A DNA stretch of 64,000 nt, taken from assembly GCA_963828255.1 (NCBI GenBank), contig CAWHDZ010000017.1, positions 128,001 to 192,000 on the forward strand, in the 5' to 3' direction. The translations under genes were made by a program, and so were the position numbers. This stretch comes from an uncultured delta proteobacterium. GTDB lineage: Bacteria; Myxococcota; Myxococcia; Myxococcales; Anaeromyxobacteraceae. Shown here piece after piece: positions 9,288 through 17,783 of the stretch (the stretch's first letter is position 1; the number at the start of each line of letters is the position of its first letter). The notes beneath the pieces were generated by a model. That model made no database searches, had not been told where the DNA came from, and saw only the letters and a list, made by a program, of their open reading frames with translations.

Positions 9288-10175
9288 ATGCACCGGATCC
9301 TGCACACCATCCAGCGGTCCATGGACGCGATGGTCCGCGCGCCCTACGTGACCGCCGTGGCGGTGGGGACCATCTATGTCGCCATCCTGCTCACCGGCGC
9401 CTTCGCGGCCACGCTGGGCGCGGGTGGGCGGCTGCTGGCCGGCTGGGCCGGCGAGGTGCCGGTCTCCGTCTACCTGGCTCCGGGAGCCGACCTGGAGGCG
9501 GCCCGCGCCGCGGCAGCCGCCATCGCGCCGGACGCACAGGTCGAGGCCATCCCGCCCGCCGAGGCGATGCGGCGGCTGCGGGCGTCGCTCGGGGAGCAGG
9601 GGCGGGTGCTCGACGGGCTGGGGGACGACGCCCTGCCCGCCTCGGTGGACGTCCGCGTACCGGCCCTGTCGTACGAGCGGGCCCGGGCGCTCGCGGCCCG
9701 TCTCCGGGCGGTGCCCGGCGCGGTCGAGGTGGACGACGGCGCGGTCTGGCTGGCGCGGATCGAGGGGCTGGTGGAGCGGGGACGGCAGGTGGGGTTCGTC
9801 CTGCTCGCGCTCCTGGGCGCGGCCACGGCCATCCTGGTCTCCAACACCCTGAAGCTCGCGGTCTACGCCCGCCGCGACGAGATCGAGATCATGAAGCTGG
9901 TGGGCGCGACCAACCTCTACGTGGGTGCGCCCATCCTGCTCGAGGGGGGCATCCAGGGTCTCCTGGGCGCCGGGCTGGCCGCCGCCACCCTGGGCGTCTC
10001 CAACCTCCTGCTCCTGCCGCGGGTGAGGGAGGCGCTGCCGCTGGCCGCCCGGCTCGTCCCGGCCGACATCCTCCCCGGACGGCTGCTCGGCGCGCTCCTC
10101 CTGGGCGGCGCGGTGCTCGGGCTGGTGGCGAGCGCCATCTCGCTCCAGCGCTTCCTGAGGAGGCCGGGAGGGTGA
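9288..10175 (+). CDS. ftsX: Cell division permease FtsX
   Basis: 'NTLKLAVYARRDEIEIMKLVGAT', four TM segments, follows ftsE. Confidence 0.9.
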   Translation: MHRILHTIQRSMDAMVRAPYVTAVAVGTIYVAILLTGAFAATLGAGGRLLAGWAGEVPVSVYLAPGADLEAARAAAAAIAPDAQVEAIPPAEAMRRLRASLGEQGRVLDGLGDDALPASVDVRVPALSYERARALAARLRAVPGAVEVDDGAVWLARIEGLVERGRQVGFVLLALLGAATAILVSNTLKLAVYARRDEIEIMKLVGATNLYVGAPILLEGGIQGLLGAGLAAATLGVSNLLLLPRVREALPLAARLVPADILPGRLLGALLLGGAVLGLVASAISLQRFLRRPGG

Positions 10176-11275
10176 CGGCGGCCCTGCTGCTCGCGCTCGT
10201 CCTCGCCGCCGATCCGCGGGCGCGCCTCTCCGAGCTCGAGGCCCGGAAGGCCGCCGAGCGCGCGGCGGCCCTCGCGCTGGCCGACCGGGAGAGGTCGGTC
10301 CTCGACACGCTGGAGGACGTGGAGCGCGCCTGGCGCGACGCCGAGGCCAGGGCCCGGGTCGCCGAGGCGGAGCGGGCGCGCTCGGCCTCCCGGCTCGAGG
10401 GTGCGGAGCGGGACGAGGGCGTTGCCACGGCCCGCCACCGCGCCCGGGTGGAACGGCTCCGCCCCCGCCTGGCGGCGCTCCAGGTCATGGCCCGGATAGG
10501 GGAGCTGCGCCTGCTGGCCTCCTCGCCGAGCCTGGGCGACCTGGTGAAACGGCGCGCGCTCCTGGGCAAGATCGTGGAGAGGGACTCGGCCACCCTCGGG
10601 GAGGCGCGGGCGGCGCTCCTCGAGCAGGAGCGGCTCACCGCCGAGCGGCGTGGCGAGGCAGCCCGGCTCGCGGCCCTGGCCGCGGACGCGGGGGCGCGGC
10701 GCGCCGAGTCGAGCAGCCGGCGGGACGGGTTCCGGGCCACGCTGGCCGCGGTGCGCGGAGAGAAGCAGCTCCACGAGCGGGCCGCCACCGAGGCCGAGGC
10801 CCAGAGCCGCAAGCTCGCCGAGTTCATCGAGGCGCTCGCCCCCTCGCGCTCCGGGGCGACGACGTACAGCGGCTTCGGGTCGCTGCGGGGCAACCTCCCG
10901 CGTCCGGCCGGAGGGCGAATCGACGTGGGGTTCGGGAAGGTGGTGGACCCCCGCTTCCGCACCGTCACCGTGCAGAAGGGGGTGGATCTGGCCGCGCAGC
11001 GGGGGGAGGCGGTGCAGGCGGTTGCCCCCGGGCGCGTGGTCCACGCCGGCTGGTTCAAGGGGTACGGCAACCTCGTCATCGTGGATCACGGGGAGGGATA
11101 CCACACGCTGGTGGCCCACCTGGCCAGCATGACGGCGGCCGCCGGCGAGGACGTGGAGGCCGGGGCCAAGCTCGGGACCGTGGGGGACACCGGTTCGCTC
11201 AAGGGGGCGTACCTCTACTTCGAGATCCGCGAGAACGGGAAGCCGCTCGACCCGAAGGCCTGGCTCAGGCCATGA
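10172..11275 (+). CDS. envC: Murein hydrolase activator EnvC-like (coiled coil + degenerate M23 domain)
   Basis: Long coiled coil; 'GYGNLVIVDHG', 'LYFEIR...PLDP'; follows ftsEX. Confidence 0.82.
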   Translation: MTAALLLALVLAADPRARLSELEARKAAERAAALALADRERSVLDTLEDVERAWRDAEARARVAEAERARSASRLEGAERDEGVATARHRARVERLRPRLAALQVMARIGELRLLASSPSLGDLVKRRALLGKIVERDSATLGEARAALLEQERLTAERRGEAARLAALAADAGARRAESSSRRDGFRATLAAVRGEKQLHERAATEAEAQSRKLAEFIEALAPSRSGATTYSGFGSLRGNLPRPAGGRIDVGFGKVVDPRFRTVTVQKGVDLAAQRGEAVQAVAPGRVVHAGWFKGYGNLVIVDHGEGYHTLVAHLASMTAAAGEDVEAGAKLGTVGDTGSLKGAYLYFEIRENGKPLDPKAWLRP

Positions 11276-11338
11276 GAGCGCCGACCGGTTGGCCAGACCA
11301 CCCGGGCGCGGCGCGGCGTCGCGGGTATGATTCCCGGC

Positions 11339-12574
11339 ATGCTCACGAGGTTCCTTCGTCCCGTCCCCCCGGCACTGCTCGTGCTGGCCCTGCTCCACGG
11401 CGGTCGCGCCGCGGCCGCGCCCCGCCGCGACACGACCCAGCCCTACCGCTCCCTCGACGTGCTCGCAGAGGTGCTCGCCTACGTCCAGAACGCCTACGTG
11501 GACGAGACGAAGGAGACGGACCTGGTGCACGCCGCGGTGGAGGGGATGCTCCAGCGGCTCGACCCGCACTCCATGCTCCTGCGCCCCGAGGTCTACCGGG
11601 CCATGCGCGACGAGACCACCGGCGAGTTCGACGGCGTCGGGCTGGAGGTGAGCCAGGAGGCCGACGCGATCGTGGTGGTGGCCCCCCTGGCCGACTCGCC
11701 GGCCGAGCGCGCGGGCATCCTGGCCGGCGACCGGATCGTCGCCGTGGACGGCGTCCCCACGAAGGAGATGCCCGTCGGCGAGGCGACGCGGCGGATGAAG
11801 GGAGCCGCGGGCAGCCAGGTGGTCCTCTCCATCGAGCGGGCCGGGCTGCGGGAGCCCAGGTCGTTCACGCTGGTCCGCGACCACGTCCGGACGACCAGCG
11901 TGGACTGGCGCCTCCTCGACCGGGGTGCGGGCACCGTCTACGTGCGCATCCGCACCTTCCAGGACCGGACCGACCGGGAGCTGCGCCAGGCGCTCGAGGG
12001 GGCGCGCAAGGAGATCGGGGGGCCGATCCAGGGGCTCGTGCTCGACCTCCGGAACAACCCGGGCGGCCTGCTCGAGCAGGCGGTGAAGGTGGCCGACCGG
12101 TTCCTCTCCAGCGGAGTGATCGTCTCCACCGAGTCGCGCGGGAAGCAGCCGGAGGTGGAGCGTGCCCACGAGAAGGACACCGAGCCGGACTACCCGGTCG
12201 TGTTGCTCGTCAACCGGGGGAGCGCGAGCGCGAGCGAGATCGTGGCGGGCGCCCTGCAGGACCACGGGCGGGCCGTCGTGGCCGGGGTGAGGACCTTCGG
12301 GAAGGGCTCGGTGCAGACCATCGTGGAGCTGGACGACGGCTCGGCCCTGAAGCTCACCGTGGCCAGGTACTTCACGCCGAACCACCGGTCGATCCAGGAG
12401 CGGGGGATCGCCCCGGACGTCCTGGTCGAGGCGGCCGACCCGCCGGCCGGCCTCGGGGCCCCCCAAACGGGGCGTGGCGCAGCACGGTCCCCCCCCGACC
12501 CTCAACTGGACAGGGCCGTCGGCCTCCTGAAGGTCGCCCGGGTCTTCCGGGGGACGGCTCCGGTACCCCCCTGA
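11339..12574 (+). CDS. ctpA: S41 carboxy-terminal processing protease (CtpA/Prc)
   Basis: 'LDPHS', PDZ, 'LDLRNNPGGLL', 'SASASEIVAGALQD', 'TFGKGSVQ'. Confidence 0.92.
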   Translation: MLTRFLRPVPPALLVLALLHGGRAAAAPRRDTTQPYRSLDVLAEVLAYVQNAYVDETKETDLVHAAVEGMLQRLDPHSMLLRPEVYRAMRDETTGEFDGVGLEVSQEADAIVVVAPLADSPAERAGILAGDRIVAVDGVPTKEMPVGEATRRMKGAAGSQVVLSIERAGLREPRSFTLVRDHVRTTSVDWRLLDRGAGTVYVRIRTFQDRTDRELRQALEGARKEIGGPIQGLVLDLRNNPGGLLEQAVKVADRFLSSGVIVSTESRGKQPEVERAHEKDTEPDYPVVLLVNRGSASASEIVAGALQDHGRAVVAGVRTFGKGSVQTIVELDDGSALKLTVARYFTPNHRSIQERGIAPDVLVEAADPPAGLGAPQTGRGAARSPPDPQLDRAVGLLKVARVFRGTAPVPP

Positions 12575-12596
12575 CGGTCCCCCGGAAACGTTCGGG

Positions 12597-12624
12597 TTGA
12601 CTTCGTGACGCGCCCGGCTAGACT
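12597..12624 (+). promoter_or_regulatory. Putative sigma-70 promoter of the GT2 gene
   Basis: TTGACT-16 nt-TAGACT. Confidence 0.45.
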
Positions 12625-12719
12625 TCGCGCCGTCTTGGGCCCAGGGAAGCGGTGAGTCCGCGTTCCTCGTCGCTCGGCGTGTACCAGCGCCCAGCGGTTC
12701 GCTCCTACCCCGAAAGAAG

Positions 12720-14225
12720 ATGAGTTCTATCGAGATCGCCGTCGTCGCAGCCTACGGGCTGGTCCTGCTCGTACTCTCCGTGTACGGGTCGCACCGGTAC
12801 TTCATGGCGTACCTGTACTACCGCCACAAGTACAACGTCCCGGTCCCGCTGCGGCGCTGGGAGGTGCTGCCCCGGGTCACGGTGCAGCTCCCCGTCTTCA
12901 ACGAGATGTACGTGGTGGAGCGGCTCATCGCCGCGGTCTGCGCGCTCGACTACCCCCGGGAGAGGCTCGAGGTCCAGGTCCTGGACGACTCGACCGACGA
13001 GACCACCGGCATTGCCCGGCGGGCGGTCGAGGCCTGGAAGGCCCGGGGCATCGACATCCACTACATCCACCGGACCGACCGGCAGGGGTTCAAGGCCGGG
13101 GCGCTGGAGCACGGCCTCCAGACCGCCACCGGGGAGTTCGTGGCGGTCTTCGACGCCGACTTCGTCCCGCCCCCCGACTTCCTCCGCAAGACCGTGAACC
13201 ACTTCACCGACGACGGCGTGGGCATGGTGCAGGTCCGCTGGGAGCACCTGAACCGCGGTTTCTCCTCGCTCACCGAGGTGCAGTCCATCCTGCTCGACGC
13301 CCACTTCGTCATCGAGCACACGGCGCGCAACCGCTCCGGACGGTTCTTCAACTTCAACGGCACGGCCGGCATCTGGCGACGCACCACCATCGCCGCCGCC
13401 GGCGGCTGGCAGCACGACACGCTCACCGAGGACCTCGACCTCTCCTACCGGGCCCAGATGAAGGGCTGGAAGTTCGTCTTCCTGCCCGAGGTGGTGGCGC
13501 CGGCCGAGATCCCGGTGGAGATGAGCGCCTTCAAGAGCCAGCAGCACCGCTGGGCCAAGGGCTCCATCCAGACGGCCATGAAGCTCCTGCCGCGCATCCT
13601 CTCGAGCGACCTTCCCTACGCGGTGAAGAAGGAGGCCTTCTTCCACCTCACCGCCAACGTGGCCTACCTCCTCATGATCCCGCTCGCCATCCTCATGCCC
13701 ATCACGGTGGTGGTGCGGGTGAGCCACGGCTGGATCGAGGTCCTGCTGCTCGACCTGCCCTTCTTCGCCACCGCCACCATGAGCGTGTGCGTCTTCTACG
13801 TGGCAAGCCAGCGCGAGATCCAGGCCACCACCTGGCAGCGGATCAAGTACCTGCCCTACCTCATGGCGCTCGGCATCGGACTTTCGGTGAACCAGGCGCG
13901 CGCCGTCGTCGAGGCGCTGCTGGGGCACCAGACCGCCTTCACCCGCACCCCCAAGAGCGGCGTCCAGGGTGGCACCGGCGTCGCCCCGAAGCGGCGCTAC
14001 CGCATGGCGGTGAGCCTGCAGCCGCTGCTCGAGCTGGCGCTGGCGGCCTACTTCACGCTGGCCGTGGTCTGGACCATCGATCGGGGCGTCTGGTACTCGC
14101 TGCCCTTCCTGGTGCTCTTCCAGGCCGGCTTCGCCTACGTCGGGATCATGAGCGCCATCGAGGGGCTTCGCGACTTCTGGTCGCGCTTCGTCCCGGCGCC
14201 GCAGCAGATCGCCGACGCGGAGTGA
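12720..14225 (+). CDS. Processive GT2 glycosyltransferase (cellulose-synthase-like)
   Basis: 'VLDDSTD', 'GFKAGAL', 'FDADF', 'TEDLD', QQHRW (QxxRW), multiple TMs. Confidence 0.9.
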   Translation: MSSIEIAVVAAYGLVLLVLSVYGSHRYFMAYLYYRHKYNVPVPLRRWEVLPRVTVQLPVFNEMYVVERLIAAVCALDYPRERLEVQVLDDSTDETTGIARRAVEAWKARGIDIHYIHRTDRQGFKAGALEHGLQTATGEFVAVFDADFVPPPDFLRKTVNHFTDDGVGMVQVRWEHLNRGFSSLTEVQSILLDAHFVIEHTARNRSGRFFNFNGTAGIWRRTTIAAAGGWQHDTLTEDLDLSYRAQMKGWKFVFLPEVVAPAEIPVEMSAFKSQQHRWAKGSIQTAMKLLPRILSSDLPYAVKKEAFFHLTANVAYLLMIPLAILMPITVVVRVSHGWIEVLLLDLPFFATATMSVCVFYVASQREIQATTWQRIKYLPYLMALGIGLSVNQARAVVEALLGHQTAFTRTPKSGVQGGTGVAPKRRYRMAVSLQPLLELALAAYFTLAVVWTIDRGVWYSLPFLVLFQAGFAYVGIMSAIEGLRDFWSRFVPAPQQIADAE

Positions 14226-14252
14226 GGCAGGCGGCCGTCCCCGGGCCGGCCT

Positions 14253-14753
14253 CTACAGCAGCTTCTCGTGCAGGGTGTCTCCGGCGCGCAGCCGCTGCAC
14301 CGGCTCGAAGCCGATCCGCTCCCAGAAGGCCCGCGCACCGTGGTTCTCCCCCGTGACCGACAGTCGCAGGGCGAGGAAACCGTCCCGCCGGAGCGCCACC
14401 TCGAGCCCGGCCGCGGCCTCCCGCCCCAGCCCCTTCCCGTGGAGCGACTCGCGCAGGAGCAGGAGCCGGACGTGGGCGGCGCCCGGCTCGGGCCAGTGGA
14501 GCTGCAGGTCCACGACGCCGGCGGCCTGGCCTGCGCCCCCAGGCGCCCCCGAGGCCGGCCAGAGGAGCAAGAGCCGCCTGTCCGCGTCGGCCTGGGCGTC
14601 GGCGAGGAGCTCCGAGGCGGCGGTGGGGCCGGCCGGGGCGCCGTCCACGAGCTCGTGGTAGGCCGGCGCGTCCTCGAGCAGCTCCTGGAGCGCAGGGAGG
14701 TCGTCCTCCGAGGCCGGGCGGGCCACGAGGCGGTGGGTGCGGAAGGGGTTCAC
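14253..14753 (-). CDS. GNAT family N-acetyltransferase
   Basis: 'LHGKGLGR' acetyl-CoA motif, 'NHGARAFWERIGF'; GTGA overlap with the upstream HAD gene. Confidence 0.8.
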   Translation of the reverse strand: MNPFRTHRLVARPASEDDLPALQELLEDAPAYHELVDGAPAGPTAASELLADAQADADRRLLLLWPASGAPGGAGQAAGVVDLQLHWPEPGAAHVRLLLLRESLHGKGLGREAAAGLEVALRRDGFLALRLSVTGENHGARAFWERIGFEPVQRLRAGDTLHEKLL

Positions 14754-15502
14754 GCCGCCGCCCCGGGGAGCGCCCCGCCCTCGACCCAGGCGAGGAGCGC
14801 CGGCGCCGCCCCGTCCAGGGTGGAGAGGACCCCGTCGGCCCCCGCCTGCCGGAGCTCGTCGACCCCGTAGCGCCCGGTGGCGACGGCGACGACCGGAACG
14901 CCGTGGGCCCGGGCCGCCGAGACGTCGCGGGGGGTGTCGCCCACCACCAGCGCGTCGGCGGGGTGGAGCGCCGAGCCGAGCCGGCTCCCGCCCCGGTCGA
15001 GGGCGGCCCGGACGAGCAGCTCGCGGGCCTCCCCGTCGTGTGCGAAGCCGGCGATGGCCTCCGGCCCCCACTCGAAGAAGCGGTCGATCTCGCCCCGGGC
15101 CAGCTTCAGGCGGGCCCCCTCGGCGACGTTGCCGGTGCAGAGCCCCAGCGTCGCGTCCGCCGCCGCGAGCGAGGTGAGCACCTCCACCACCCCGGGCAGG
15201 ACGCGAAAGCCGGGCCCCTGGATCTCCTCGCGCAGCGCGAGCACGTAGGCCTCGAGGATCCGGTCGCAGAGCGCGTCGTCGAAGCGGCGCCCCAGGGCGA
15301 CCAGCAACTCCCGGACGATGAGCCGGTCGGTCATCCCGTCGAGCCGGAGGCCTGCGAGCGCGTGCTCCACCCGGCCGAACTCCCCGGTGAGGACCCGCTC
15401 GAGCGACCGGCGCCCCGCGCCTGCGGCGTGGACGAGGGTGCCGTCCACGTCGAAGAGGATCACCCGGCGCCTGGCGCGCCCCGGGCTACGAGAAGAGGGC
15501 AT
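14750..15502 (-). CDS. HAD family hydrolase (phosphoglycolate-phosphatase-like)
   Basis: 'LFDVDGTL', 'CTGN', 'VVGDTPRDV'. Confidence 0.85.
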   Translation of the reverse strand: MPSSRSPGRARRRVILFDVDGTLVHAAGAGRRSLERVLTGEFGRVEHALAGLRLDGMTDRLIVRELLVALGRRFDDALCDRILEAYVLALREEIQGPGFRVLPGVVEVLTSLAAADATLGLCTGNVAEGARLKLARGEIDRFFEWGPEAIAGFAHDGEARELLVRAALDRGGSRLGSALHPADALVVGDTPRDVSAARAHGVPVVAVATGRYGVDELRQAGADGVLSTLDGAAPALLAWVEGGALPGAAA

Positions 15503-16931
15503 CCACGAACTCGTCCGGGTCGAAGGGACGGAGGTCGGCGACCTTCTCGCCGACGCCGACGTAACGGACCGGGATGCGGAGCTCGTCGGAGATCCCGATG
15601 ACCACGCCGCCCTTGGCGGTTCCGTCGAGCTTGGTGAGGGCGATCCCGGTGACCCCGAGCGCCTCGTGGAACTGGCGGGCCTGGGCGATGGCGTTCTGCC
15701 CGTTGGTCGCGTCGAGCACGAGGAGGACCTCGTGGGGAGAGCCGGGCATCGCCTTGTCCAGCACCCGCTTCACCTTCTTCAGCTCCTCCATGAGCGGGAG
15801 CTTGGTGTGGAGCCGTCCGGCGGTGTCGAGGAGCACGACGTCCACCTTCTCCTCGACGCCGCGCTTCACCGCCTCGAAGCAGACGCTGGCCGGGTCGGCG
15901 CCGTCCTTGCCACGGACGATCGGCGCGCCCACCCGCTCGGCCCAGACCTCGAGCTGCTCGCCGGCCGCGGCGCGGAAGGTATCACCGGCGCCGAGCAGCA
16001 CCCGGTGCCCCGCCTGTCCGAGCTTGGAGGCCAGCTTTCCCACCGTGGTGGTCTTTCCCGAGCCGTTCACGCCCACCACCATGATCACGCGGGGGCGGTC
16101 CGCGCCGATGGTGAACTCGCGGTTGGCGCCGGCCGGTCCTCCCAGCGAGACGATGCGGGAGATCTCCTGCCGCAGCGCCGCCTTCAGCTTGGCCGGATCG
16201 TCGAGCTCGCGCCTCTTCACACGCTCCCGCGCCGACTCCAGCAGTGCGGTCGCGGTCTTCACGCCGATGTCGGCGGTGAAGAGGATCTCCTCCATCTCGG
16301 CCAGCGTGGACTCGTCCACCTGGCGCCCGCCGCCGAAGATCCCCTGGAGCCGGGCCATGAAGCCGCCACGGGTCTTCTCGAGACCGGCCGCCAGCGTGCG
16401 CCCGGCCTCGGCCTCGGCGCGCCGCCGCTTCTCCTCCTCCTCGCGAAGGCGGGCCTTCTCGGCCTCCCGGGCGAGTCGCGCCTGCTCCTCCCGGGCGAGC
16501 CGCTCCTCCTCCTCGCGCTCCAGGCGCCGCCGCTCCTTCTCGAGCCGCTCGGCCTCCTTTTTCTGCCGGTAGTCCTCCTTCTTGCGGGCCTCCTCGGCGG
16601 CCGCGTCGGCGACTGCGTCGGCCTCCCGGCGGGCGACCTCGGCTTCCCGGTGCGCGTCCCTTGCGGGGGCGGGGGGCGCTGGAGGGGGGGCCGGGCGCGG
16701 AACCGGCCGCGCGGGCGGGAGCGCGGCTTCGGGAAGGGGCTCCGGCTCGACCCCTTCCTCCCGCTCGAGTTCGCGCTCGATCTCCTGCTGGGAGACCGGT
16801 GGTTCGACGGGCGCGGCGCCCCGCTTGCGGAACATGCGCAGGCCGGCGACGACGAAGAGCGCCACGAGCGCGGCGATGACGGCGGCGCCGATCAGGTCGG
16901 ATGTGGCGAAGGCGAGCGGAATCGGGAGCAC
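15486..16931 (-). CDS. ftsY: SRP receptor FtsY with N-terminal TM and charged coiled coil
   Basis: '[10 protein letters not shown]', 'DTFRAAA', 'DTAGR', '[10 protein letters not shown]'. Confidence 0.95.
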   Translation of the reverse strand: MLPIPLAFATSDLIGAAVIAALVALFVVAGLRMFRKRGAAPVEPPVSQQEIERELEREEGVEPEPLPEAALPPARPVPRPAPPPAPPAPARDAHREAEVARREADAVADAAAEEARKKEDYRQKKEAERLEKERRRLEREEEERLAREEQARLAREAEKARLREEEEKRRRAEAEAGRTLAAGLEKTRGGFMARLQGIFGGGRQVDESTLAEMEEILFTADIGVKTATALLESARERVKRRELDDPAKLKAALRQEISRIVSLGGPAGANREFTIGADRPRVIMVVGVNGSGKTTTVGKLASKLGQAGHRVLLGAGDTFRAAAGEQLEVWAERVGAPIVRGKDGADPASVCFEAVKRGVEEKVDVVLLDTAGRLHTKLPLMEELKKVKRVLDKAMPGSPHEVLLVLDATNGQNAIAQARQFHEALGVTGIALTKLDGTAKGGVVIGISDELRIPVRYVGVGEKVADLRPFDPDEFVDALFS

Positions 16932-16974
16932 GAGGACCCTGCGAAGGAGGGGAAAAATGCCGGGAAAGCGAGAC

Positions 16975-17004
16975 CATATAGGTCCCGGTCCGGCGCGGTG
17001 TCAA
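16975..17004 (-). promoter_or_regulatory. Putative sigma-70 promoter of ftsY
   Basis: TTGACA (17004..16999) followed 17-18 nt later by an AT-rich CTATATG box. Confidence 0.5.
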
Positions 17005-17007
17005 CGC

Positions 17008-17263
17008 GAGTCGGAGTCGGAGTCGGAGTCGGAGTCGGAGTCGGAGTCGGAGTCGGAGTCGGAGTCGGAGTCGGAGTCGGAGTCGGAGTCGGAGTCGGAG
17101 TCGGAGTCGGAGTCGGAGTCGGAGTCGGAGTCGGAGTCGGAGTCGGAGTCGGAGTCGGAGTCGGAGTCGGAGTCGGAGTCGGAGTCGGAGTCGGAGTCGG
17201 AGTCGGAGTCGGAGTCGGAGTCGGAGTCGGAGTCGGAGTCGGAGTCGGAGTCGGAGTCGGAGT
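17008..17263. repeat. Perfect hexanucleotide tandem array (GAGTCG)x42 + GAGT
   Basis: Directly visible, uninterrupted 256 bp. Confidence 0.98.
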
Positions 17264-17271
17264 TCGTGTTC

Positions 17272-17405
17272 CGGCTCCCTTTCGGGTGGGGCCTGCCTGG
17301 AGGCGCACGCCCCGCGCCAGCCCGCGGTCCTTCGCGTGTGGATCCCGCGTCGGGCTGTCACGGCGCCTGCGCCGGATGGGGCAAACCCCACCCGCAAAGG
17401 AGCCG
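17272..17405 (+). other. Long imperfect hairpin (nested inverted repeats) covering the RBS of the four-helix-bundle gene
   Basis: CGGCTCCCTTTCGGGTGGGG (17272-17291) pairs with CCCCACCCGCAAAGGAGCCG (17386-17405); inner stems GGCGCA/TGCGCC and CAGCCCG/CGGGCTG. Confidence 0.7.
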
Positions 17406-17408
17406 CAG

Positions 17409-17732
17409 ATGGCCTTCATCGCATTCGAAACCTCGCTCGAGCTCATCCGGTCGCTGGACCAGCCTCTCGCCATCCTCGACCGGCGCGACACGGACCTCGC
17501 CAGGCAGCTGAGGCGCGCAGCGGCCTCGGTCTCCCTGAACCTCAGCGAAGGCAATCGGCGCAACGGCAAGGACCGCATCCACCTGTGGCGGGTGGCTGCC
17601 GGAAGCGCGGACGAGGTCGCCGCTGGCCTGCGCGTCGCGGAGGCCTTCGGCTACCTGCAGGCCACCGCCATCGCGAAGTCCCTCGCGCTCACCGACCGCC
17701 TGCTGGCGATCATCTGGCGCCTGACGCATTGA
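17409..17732 (+). CDS. Four-helix bundle protein (23S rRNA IVP / Avd-like family)
   Basis: 107 aa with '[19 protein letters not shown]...AAGSADEV' signature; AAGGAG RBS. Confidence 0.88.
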   Translation: MAFIAFETSLELIRSLDQPLAILDRRDTDLARQLRRAAASVSLNLSEGNRRNGKDRIHLWRVAAGSADEVAAGLRVAEAFGYLQATAIAKSLALTDRLLAIIWRLTH

Positions 17733-17783
17733 CGACGCAGGAGATGCGCTCGCATCGCCCACGGACCACGGTCACGGCCCGCC

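Noticed and set aside
17008..17263. CRISPR array
   Set aside because: Pure 6-bp tandem repeat with no spacers and no cas genes.
15982..17578. ORFs with poly-(RL), (ES), (PT) or (GV) tracts
   Set aside because: By-products of a stop-free hexamer array overlapping ftsY; no credible starts or domains.
17005..17783. Diversity-generating retroelement suggested by the Avd-like gene
   Set aside because: No reverse transcriptase and no TR/VR pair seen in the window.
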